Shown here piece after piece: positions 56,724 through 64,000 of a DNA stretch of 64,000 bases. This stretch comes from Nitrososphaera sp. (GTDB lineage: Archaea > Thermoproteota > Nitrososphaeria > Nitrososphaerales > Nitrososphaeraceae). The stretch lies in assembly GCA_045809625.1 (NCBI GenBank), contig JBJMEA010000049.1, positions 7,500-71,499 on the forward strand. Direction: 5' to 3'. Position numbers and translations under genes: made by a program. Under the pieces are notes generated by a model that ran no database searches, was not told the DNA's origin, and was given only the letters and a program-made list of their open reading frames with translations. Numbering within the stretch: position 1 is the first letter of the stretch; the number at the start of each line of letters is the position of its first letter.

Positions 56724-58610
56724 ATGCGACTGTTGCAGCTCCATACTGATTTCATTGAATATGAGCCAATTGAAAAGGAGATTAAGGATGCTGAAGATAT
56801 CGTACGCCCATCTAAGATTCGACTCGAAGATCTGGTGGTAGTTTTTGTAGCCGTTGAAAACCTAGACGACGAAAGTATTGCCAGGATGGCCGTCGATGAA
56901 ATAAAGAAATATCTTGAGATAATCAAGAGTACCCGACTGCTAATCTATCCTTACGCTCATCTGAGCTCTGACCTCGCGCCACCAACTCTCGCAATAGACA
57001 TTATTAAGTCGCTTGAAAGCTTTGCCAAGGGATCTATAAATCAAGTCTACCGTGCCCCTTTTGGATGGACAAAGTCATTTAACATTAAAGTAAAGGGCCA
57101 TCCAATGGCTGAGAATTCTAAAGAGATTTCAAAACATGAAGAGCATAAACCTGCTGACTCTTTGCATGGGGAAACGGAATCATATGCACTCAAAGATGAG
57201 GAAAAATTAAAGTCATTATGGTATGTCATGCAACCAGCAGGACAGATGACTCCACTTGACACATACAATTTTAAAAAACAGGATGGGAATCTCCAAAGAT
57301 TGTCAACTTATGAAATAGCAAAGAATAGATCTATCAATGAACAACCTGCACACGTACGATTGATGAAGAAATTGGCTATCGCCGACTATGAACCCGCATC
57401 CGATAGTGGTAATATCCGCTATTATCCAAAAGGCAGACTTATGAAATCGCTTATCGAACAATATGTCACAAGGCGAGTAATGGAATATGGTGGGATTGAG
57501 GTCGAAACACCTATAATGTATGACACCAAGCACCCTTCGCTTCAGAGTTATTTCAACAGATTCCCTGCAAGGCAATACAGCATCAATTCAGACAACAAAC
57601 AGCTATTTCTACGCTTTGCTGCATGCTTTGGTCAGTTTCTAATGGCCAAAGATTTCAATATCTCATACAAACATCTTCCCTTAAAATTGTATGAATTGAC
57701 AAGATACTCATTTAGACGTGAAAAAAGTGGTGAACTAGTGGGCTTGCGACGATTGCGTGCATTCACTATGCCTGACTGTCACGCATTTTGCAGAAATCTG
57801 GATCAGGCAAAGGAGGAGTTTCTTAAGCGCTTTGAGCTGTCAATAAGCGTACTCAACGACCTTGGCCTAACAATCAACGATGTGGAAATGGCCATAAGGT
57901 TTACAGAAGATTTTTACACCGAGAACAAAGATTTCATGATGGAACTTGTCAATAGGTTTGGCAAGTCGGTGCTAGTTGAAAAATGGAAGGAGCGCTTCTT
58001 TTACTTCACACTCAAGTGGGAATTCAATTTTATTGATGGTCTTGGCAAGGCATCGGCTCTCTCAACCGACCAAATAGATGTTGAGAATGGCGCGCGCTAT
58101 GGCATAGAGTTCGTTGAAGAAGATGGCACCAAAAAGAATCCTATAATTCTGCACAACTCACCTTCTGGAGCAATCGAGCGGATAATCTATGCGCTATTAG
58201 AAAAATCCGCCAAGATATCGAAAGAAGGCGGTATCGCCTCGCTACCACTTTGGCTTTCACATACGCAGGTTCGTGTAATACCCGTCAGCCAAGAACATAT
58301 TGCATACTGCGAAAAGATACTGACTGAACTGACTGAAAACCAGATAAGGGCTGACATAGACGATCGCGATGAAACTGTAGGCAAAAAGATACGTGAATCT
58401 GAAACTGAATGGGTGCGCTATACTATCGTGATTGGCGACAAAGAGATCAACTCAGACAGGTTGACTGTACGCGACAGAAATGTAGGCAAACAGCGAGAGA
58501 TTACTCTAGGCTTTCTGATAAATGAAGTCAAGGAGCAAACAAAGGACAAGCCCTACCTTCCACTGAACCTTCCCGTGCACCTATCATCTAGGCCGCAGAT
58601 TATGGTCTAG
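56724..58610 (+). CDS. thrS: threonyl-tRNA synthetase, archaeal type with N-terminal DTD-like editing domain
   Basis: The N-terminal MRLLQLHTDFIEYEPIEKEI is the archaeal editing-domain start. Class II motifs FRREKSGELVGLRRLRAFTMPD and a C-terminal anticodon-binding domain (QVRVIPVS...). Confidence 0.9.
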   Translation: MRLLQLHTDFIEYEPIEKEIKDAEDIVRPSKIRLEDLVVVFVAVENLDDESIARMAVDEIKKYLEIIKSTRLLIYPYAHLSSDLAPPTLAIDIIKSLESFAKGSINQVYRAPFGWTKSFNIKVKGHPMAENSKEISKHEEHKPADSLHGETESYALKDEEKLKSLWYVMQPAGQMTPLDTYNFKKQDGNLQRLSTYEIAKNRSINEQPAHVRLMKKLAIADYEPASDSGNIRYYPKGRLMKSLIEQYVTRRVMEYGGIEVETPIMYDTKHPSLQSYFNRFPARQYSINSDNKQLFLRFAACFGQFLMAKDFNISYKHLPLKLYELTRYSFRREKSGELVGLRRLRAFTMPDCHAFCRNLDQAKEEFLKRFELSISVLNDLGLTINDVEMAIRFTEDFYTENKDFMMELVNRFGKSVLVEKWKERFFYFTLKWEFNFIDGLGKASALSTDQIDVENGARYGIEFVEEDGTKKNPIILHNSPSGAIERIIYALLEKSAKISKEGGIASLPLWLSHTQVRVIPVSQEHIAYCEKILTELTENQIRADIDDRDETVGKKIRESETEWVRYTIVIGDKEINSDRLTVRDRNVGKQREITLGFLINEVKEQTKDKPYLPLNLPVHLSSRPQIMV

Positions 58611-59529
58611 CATATTTTTGCGATAATATTCTATACAATGTCTGAGTGGCCAATGTGCCTTCACGGTAGTCGTCCCTTTTTAGGGAGACCTCAACTATGT
58701 CCATTCCAATCAGACAGGCTGATAAATCTATAGCTTTGACCAATTTCAATACCTGAAAAGGGTTGAGGCCAAATGGTTCTGGCGTACCAGTACAGGGTAC
58801 ATACGGTAGATCGTAGACGTCAATATCAAATGAAATGTAGATATTTTTTCCCGCAGTGGCCTTTTGTAAATAACTTGCGACGATATCGATATCATTATGC
58901 ACGTCCCATGCATTAAAGGTTGTAACACCGTTTTTGTTAGCGGTTTCGTTTTCTTCTTTGTCTGTTTGTCGAATACCTATCTGAATCAAGTTTTCCCCCG
59001 GAATATATTTTAACAAATGGTAGAATGGAGTAGTGTGGCAGACCTTCAAATTCCCGTAGTTGGGCTTCATGTCCCTATGAGCATCAAAATGTATCACTAT
59101 TGGATCTTCTTGAGCAAGCGCCATCAATTGATAGTATGATAACGTATGCTCACCGCCAAGCATAACCGGGATCTTGCTGTCATTACGAAGTGAAGCAACT
59201 ACCCTTGGAATGGTTGATTCAAGATGATCGAGCATTTTGACAATGCTCTTTGTCTTGGGCAACCTTAGGTCCCCAAGATCAAATATTCCGATGAGGTCAT
59301 GAATATCGGTATTTTCATCCAGCATAAATGTCTCGATCTGCAGAGCGGAAGTCCGCCTTATTGCTTCTGGTCCTCTTGATGTTCCTTTGCCGAAGCTTGT
59401 AGTAATGTCAAGAGGTACGCCATAAATAGCCGCACTTGCTTCCTTGAATGAAATTCTAACTGGAGTGTCTGCAAAACTATATCCTGCTTTTGTCCTTTCT
59501 GGCACTGCAAAGAGCGAAAATATATCCAA
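58600..59529 (-). CDS. speB: agmatinase (arginase/ureohydrolase family)
   Basis: MLGGEHTLS, HFDAHRDM, ISFDIDVYD. Convergent 11-nt overlap with thrS. Confidence 0.9.
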   Translation of the reverse strand: MDIFSLFAVPERTKAGYSFADTPVRISFKEASAAIYGVPLDITTSFGKGTSRGPEAIRRTSALQIETFMLDENTDIHDLIGIFDLGDLRLPKTKSIVKMLDHLESTIPRVVASLRNDSKIPVMLGGEHTLSYYQLMALAQEDPIVIHFDAHRDMKPNYGNLKVCHTTPFYHLLKYIPGENLIQIGIRQTDKEENETANKNGVTTFNAWDVHNDIDIVASYLQKATAGKNIYISFDIDVYDLPYVPCTGTPEPFGLNPFQVLKLVKAIDLSACLIGMDIVEVSLKRDDYREGTLATQTLYRILSQKYARP

Positions 59530-59566
59530 CTCCCTTCAATCTTCAAAATCTGCTGATAATAATATA

Positions 59567-62272
59567 TTATGATGCTGGCCTGCTCCAAAATAGTTCATCA
59601 AGACTCTGTTGTCGCGGCTTGCCTAGTATTGACTTGAAGTCCACATTTAAGGCAGACAATACTTGTTCGAACGTGGACTCCATTGTTTCCAGATACTTCT
59701 CAGTGTCGATTTCTTCAGGTTTGGAAAGCTCGACTGGCCTTACACCGTCACCAGCCTTTATTTTCACATAAGAAATAACATCACCGGCTCGAACCTCGCG
59801 TTTGCTGGAGTCGGCAAGCATCTTGGCTGCCTTGATATGTTGTGGCAGGCCTTTATAGATCTCATTGCTACTGCCGTCCATTGTTTTTGAGCCCGTCTTT
59901 TTGCCATATGTGCTCAATGATTTGTTGATGGTGACGTTAAAGCTCAATTCTTCAAGTGGAATTTTGTGAGTTTCCAAGTTCTTGGCATTCTCTTGAATGA
60001 CATTCTTGATTTTTTCCTTGGCAGATTCAAAATCTTTCTCAGAGTTGATCTTGCTGAGTATTGCCAAGATATCATAGAATGCCTTCCTGATAAATGGGGG
60101 AGTGTGGGACTTTTTGCCTGTAAGTCCTTTTACATCGACTGTCCCATCTGATAAAACTCCGAGGTAGTTCTTTTTGAGGTCGCTGAACACAACATAGCGG
60201 TATTGTTTATCTATTTCAAGGTCTACGCCCAGCGTCTCTCTGGCCCACTGCACCAGCTGCTCTATATGTTTTTGATCAGGATTGCTGAGGAAAATACTGT
60301 CAGTATCACCATAGACAACTCGAATCCCGATTTCTCTGCATTTGTTAATAGTTCTATTGATAGTTGTCCTGCCAAGAGCTGCAGTGGCATCTGCTACTGG
60401 CAGGCAGTAGAGGGGGAATATTGTTGCTCCCATGACGCCATAACTGGCATTGAGAATGACTTTGATAGCTTGACTTACTACATTGTATAGCTTGCGCTCC
60501 TCAGGGGGGAGCATCTTGTCCTTTGCTAGGTGTTTGTAATAGTTGACCCTCAGGTCACGAAGCGAGCCTATGAGGAGTGAAGTCAAACCTCTCCTGTGCT
60601 TACAGACCCAGTGGGTTGTGCCTTCTATTCCATTTTCCCTACAATCCTCGTGGGAGCAATTGATGGTTTCGTACGATAAATTATGTACTTTGATGATGCT
60701 GGGATAGAGGCTTGCAAAGTCTAGGACAATGACATTAAAGTGTATGCCTGGTACGGGCTCGACTACTTCACCGCCTCGATATTTTTTCTCTTTGATGATG
60801 GCTGTAGTCGATGAAGTACCTTTTCTCTCAAGCTCGCTCCTGCTGGGTATCAGTTCATTTCGCTGGCGATGTTCATAGTACAAAATGCCCCTTATCCATT
60901 GGTTGACGCCAAAGCGTGAAATATCATCTACTGACAGTCTGCCAATTCTTGCGACGGCGACTAGCAGTTTCATCAGAAGATTATCATTAAAGCTGGTCAG
61001 CCTATATGTGAGGTCCGCGTCTTTAAGACAATATTCTGCTAACTTTTGAACTGGCAAATCGCTTATCTCTCCCTCAAACTCTATTTTCGAGTCACCCAAT
61101 AGTGCTTCGCTGATAGCATTCAAAGTATGGTCGGTGTAAGCGCGACTAAAAGCATAGATCTGAATTGACCTATTATCAAATGTCCTGTAGAGGTCAATGT
61201 GGATACCATGTCTGATGCTAACCGGCTCTGCTTGCATTCCATGTTTGATAAACGACTCCTTTTTGACCACTATTGGCACCTTGTCCCTTGAGATCGCAAT
61301 GCCGTTCAGATCAATACGAGGATCAAGCGAACGTGCATAGAGATAGGGTAGATCAAAATCGTCACCATTGAATGTAAGTATGATCGGATATTCCTTGATT
61401 ATTGCAAATGCTTTTTCTATTAACTCTTTTTCGGTTGCGCAGGACTCTGCTTCAGGAATTAGCGGTGTCCCATCGCTTGGTATACTATCTGAAAGTACAA
61501 GTACTTTCTTGAAATTGTCGCTTCCCACAAATCCTACAGCTGTTATACGTCTATCGTGGTCTCGTGGATTTGGCATTCTTCCCTCTTCTGTCTCAACCTC
61601 AATGTCTATAGCTACTCGCTTTAGCTCTGGTATTGGCTGATTGAGAAGTTTGGCCCAATTCGTAATGTATTGCCTATATTCCTTGCCTGCCTCACCACCT
61701 TCCTTTATCTTATCCCACAGTAGACTCTTAAGTGCAAATTCCACCTTCTCAGAAATAGGATACTCAAATGACGTAATCTGTTCGTCGTTTCTAATATAAT
61801 ATGAACCTGGTATCAGTGCGCGATCGTAAAGATAGTTCTCGTGATATTTGATGTCAGCTTCCCATGATGTCACTTTTTCCCGAAAGCTATGGTCGGTGCC
61901 GCCTATTGAGAGCGGATCTGGCGCAACCACCTTGAGGACTTCAATTTCCTTATCGAGGATGATGTCTTGTTTCTTCATTGGTTCGAGTATAAATTTGGTC
62001 TCCTTTTGTGCAATCTGCTGGGCTTGGTCTGCAAAATTCATCTTTGTATAGCAGTAGGGTTTGTGGTCAGTCCTATCGCGCCATTGATAAATAATTTTGT
62101 CCTCCGGATCATAAAACTTGAGGTATACTTTCTTCTCCTCGCCAGAGTAAACTGCGGACAGCAACAGCATTGGCCTGCTATCTTTGGGCAACTCTGGCAA
62201 GCTGTCAAACCCTTTTCTTCGATCTGAAACAAATTCCTGTTGCTGAACCAAGATACAAAGATTGTTTGTCAA
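59567..62272 (-). CDS. polB: family B DNA polymerase
   Basis: Exonuclease motifs (AIDIEV, TFNGDDFDLPYL, YCLKDA) and polymerase motifs LDFASLYPSII, KVILNASYG, VVYGDTDSIF, KKNY. No intein. TTG start at 62272; an internal Met (MLLLSAVY) is an alternative. Confidence 0.9.
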   Translation of the reverse strand: MTNNLCILVQQQEFVSDRRKGFDSLPELPKDSRPMLLLSAVYSGEEKKVYLKFYDPEDKIIYQWRDRTDHKPYCYTKMNFADQAQQIAQKETKFILEPMKKQDIILDKEIEVLKVVAPDPLSIGGTDHSFREKVTSWEADIKYHENYLYDRALIPGSYYIRNDEQITSFEYPISEKVEFALKSLLWDKIKEGGEAGKEYRQYITNWAKLLNQPIPELKRVAIDIEVETEEGRMPNPRDHDRRITAVGFVGSDNFKKVLVLSDSIPSDGTPLIPEAESCATEKELIEKAFAIIKEYPIILTFNGDDFDLPYLYARSLDPRIDLNGIAISRDKVPIVVKKESFIKHGMQAEPVSIRHGIHIDLYRTFDNRSIQIYAFSRAYTDHTLNAISEALLGDSKIEFEGEISDLPVQKLAEYCLKDADLTYRLTSFNDNLLMKLLVAVARIGRLSVDDISRFGVNQWIRGILYYEHRQRNELIPSRSELERKGTSSTTAIIKEKKYRGGEVVEPVPGIHFNVIVLDFASLYPSIIKVHNLSYETINCSHEDCRENGIEGTTHWVCKHRRGLTSLLIGSLRDLRVNYYKHLAKDKMLPPEERKLYNVVSQAIKVILNASYGVMGATIFPLYCLPVADATAALGRTTINRTINKCREIGIRVVYGDTDSIFLSNPDQKHIEQLVQWARETLGVDLEIDKQYRYVVFSDLKKNYLGVLSDGTVDVKGLTGKKSHTPPFIRKAFYDILAILSKINSEKDFESAKEKIKNVIQENAKNLETHKIPLEELSFNVTINKSLSTYGKKTGSKTMDGSSNEIYKGLPQHIKAAKMLADSSKREVRAGDVISYVKIKAGDGVRPVELSKPEEIDTEKYLETMESTFEQVLSALNVDFKSILGKPRQQSLDELFWSRPAS

Positions 62273-62310
62273 CAGATCGATATTAAACGTTTTATCTAAC
62301 GGGCAGATTC

Positions 62311-63627
62311 ATGCTCTATGTGGACTGTAAAGTCGCAGTAATCGGTGGTGGTGTGCTTGGAGTGGCAATCGCATACTTTCTATCCGCTCACGCCAAAAAT
62401 CCTGAATCTGTAGCATTGCTAGAGCAAGAAAAGAATATTGCAGCGCATAGCAGTAGTAGGAATACTGGAAAGGTGCATGCGCCATTTCTATATGATCCTG
62501 TAAAAAAAAAGACTTTTGCCAAAGCTGCTGCGCTTGGCTTTGAAATGTGGCAAAAGTATTCCAGTTTCAAGAGCCTACAATTTAAGCGTGATGGCGTCCT
62601 TGAAGTCGCACTTGATGATAAGGGAATTGATCGGCTATACAAGTACTTGGAATGGGGGATTACAAACGGCCTTTCAAAAGACGAATTGCAATTGCTTGAT
62701 AAAAATGAAGTTGCACGAATAGAACCAAACGTGAAGTGTGTCCACGCAATTTATTGCTCTAAAGATGCGTCGGTCAATTATGGCGCATTTACAAATGGGC
62801 TCCTAGAAGATATTAAGTCCTTTGGTGGCAAACTGCTCTTGGGCCATAAGGTTGAGCGAATATCCTCGTACGGTCAAGGGCTGTATTCAATGACTACAAA
62901 CCAGGGCAAAGCGGTTAGAACAGAGTATCTCGTCAATGTGGCCGGTGGCAGCTCCATGGATATTGCCCAGATGATGGGTATAGCGGGGGGTTACACCGAC
63001 ATCCATTTTAAAGGAGAATACTGGCAGGCGCCACCAGAGTATCATAACATTACAAAGCTGTCCATCTATTCGGTTCCTAAACATCCTGAATATCCATTTC
63101 TAGATCCGCACTGGATCGTGAGAGCAGACAATACTTGTGAGGTTGGCCCAAATGCTGTGCCTGTGTTTGGTCCTTATGCCTACAACTGGCGTAGGAACTT
63201 AGTCGACATGTTACCAAAAATAGTAGAGTCATCTCATACAGGTGCGCGGAAAATTTTTTTTGACAGGCAGTTTCTGTCGCTTGTAAACACAGAGTTGAGG
63301 AGCTCTTTATCCAAGACAATGATGATAAACAGAGTACGTGAATTCCTGCCGCCTCTCCGGCCATCTGCTTTTAACCAGCGTGGGACAGCCGGCATAAGAT
63401 CGTCAGTCATTGACAGGAACGGCAGATTCGTACCTGACACACTCATACTCGAGCATGATTCTTCTTCTCTTCATGTACTCAACTATAACTCGCCAGGAGC
63501 CACAGGTGCACTGCCTATGGCAGCCAACATTGCAAGTAAGATAATAAGATCTGGCGCAATAAAAACAAATGACCAATCAAAGTCGCTGTGGGATGCTCAA
63601 ACAATTGCCGATAGAATGAAAGCATGA
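62311..63627 (+). CDS. FAD-dependent oxidoreductase (DAO family, L-2-hydroxyglutarate oxidase-like)
   Basis: N-terminal Rossmann VAVIGGGVLGVAIAYFL. HSSSRNTGKVHAPFLYDP resembles the LhgO hqTg.NSGViHaG.YY.P segment. Confidence 0.75.
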   Translation: MLYVDCKVAVIGGGVLGVAIAYFLSAHAKNPESVALLEQEKNIAAHSSSRNTGKVHAPFLYDPVKKKTFAKAAALGFEMWQKYSSFKSLQFKRDGVLEVALDDKGIDRLYKYLEWGITNGLSKDELQLLDKNEVARIEPNVKCVHAIYCSKDASVNYGAFTNGLLEDIKSFGGKLLLGHKVERISSYGQGLYSMTTNQGKAVRTEYLVNVAGGSSMDIAQMMGIAGGYTDIHFKGEYWQAPPEYHNITKLSIYSVPKHPEYPFLDPHWIVRADNTCEVGPNAVPVFGPYAYNWRRNLVDMLPKIVESSHTGARKIFFDRQFLSLVNTELRSSLSKTMMINRVREFLPPLRPSAFNQRGTAGIRSSVIDRNGRFVPDTLILEHDSSSLHVLNYNSPGATGALPMAANIASKIIRSGAIKTNDQSKSLWDAQTIADRMKA

Positions 63628-63670
63628 TCAATTTTTTAAGGTACCATCAGTCACGATAGGGTTAATAATA

Positions 63671-64000
63671 TTGCTCAAGGAGGTTTTTCTTGATGCTCTA
63701 AGAGATAAAGACATCAAGATATCAAAGATAAAAGATTTAAATTTTAATAAAATTCTAGCAGAAGCATCATCTCGCTGGATTTCGTATGAACCTACCTCAG
63801 AAATATGTCAATCTGTTGGCATTGATAGTAGCTGGAACAGGCGTCCCTTTCAAGGTCTTCAGCTTTACGTCGTAGACGCAGTAGCAGTCACTAGCACCAA
63901 CAAGATCTTGGCTGTGGAGTGGGAAGAAGACATAGTTGGCTCTGCAAGAAGCGAACTGCTAGAATCAAGAGCGATGGCAATGGAGGCATCAATCGCTCAA
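63671..64000 (+). CDS. partial ORF, possible NurA-like nuclease N-terminus (runs off the right edge)
   Basis: The frame is open from 63629, with the first plausible start a TTG at 63671. EICQSVGIDSSWNRRPFQGLQLYVVDAVAV and SELLESRAMAMEASIA resemble my recalled NurA segments (C.FVAIDGGSF.R....VYAVGA and ERISLLMEALELSLA). Confidence 0.4.
   Translation, partial: MLKEVFLDALRDKDIKISKIKDLNFNKILAEASSRWISYEPTSEICQSVGIDSSWNRRPFQGLQLYVVDAVAVTSTNKILAVEWEEDIVGSARSELLESRAMAMEASIAQ

Noticed and set aside
1-64000. CRISPR arrays, IS elements, prophage or known defence genes
   Set aside because: Scanning both strands by eye found no regularly spaced direct repeats. No transposase or integrase motifs and no Cas, restriction-modification or toxin-antitoxin signatures were recognised.

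Overview
This window reads as a gene-dense core chromosomal segment of an AT-rich archaeon, most likely an ammonia-oxidising thaumarchaeon (Nitrososphaeria). All calls come from reading the ORF translations and the DNA by eye; no searches were run. The taxonomic guess rests on archaeal information-processing genes (TBP, Nop5-fibrillarin, aTrm56, Trm1, Trm5, ABCE1, MBF1, NAC, Rio1 plus a KH protein, family-B DNA polymerase, archaeal-type ThrRS), a 4-hydroxybutyryl-CoA dehydratase typical of the thaumarchaeal 3HP/4HB cycle, and a stand-alone 5S rRNA gene.

About 70 CDS are supported, plus one tRNA-Gly(CCC) and one 5S rRNA. Metabolic content includes a non-oxidative pentose-phosphate cluster (transketolase N-half fused to ribulose-phosphate epimerase, transketolase C-half, transaldolase). 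It also includes pyrE, pyrF, purA, apt, MTA phosphorylase, agmatinase, UbiX, an AMP-forming acyl-CoA synthetase and two aminopeptidases (M1, M17).

I found no CRISPR array, transposase, integrase or recognisable defence gene, so most of the window is ordinary. The stretches worth a second look are:
- an orphan CbbQ/NorQ-type AAA+ ATPase plus CbbO/NorD-type vWA protein pair (14.6-17.0 kb), sitting directly after an unusual 2.1 kb ORF-free stretch (12.5-14.6 kb);
- the TktN::Rpe gene fusion;
- a tightly coupled three-gene operon of a wHTH protein and two unknown proteins (43.0-44.1 kb);
- a 1.9 kb island of very small Cys/His-rich and hyper-acidic ORFs (54.8-56.7 kb), several below the 60-aa ORF-track cut-off;
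- several divergent family members: a RuvX/YqgF-like nuclease, a LarA-like protein lacking the cofactor lysine motif, a minimal SprT-like HExxH protein and a TFE-beta-like wHTH/4-Cys protein.

I could not identify a clear-cut novel multi-gene system with confidence. The AAA+/vWA pair with its gene desert is my best candidate.
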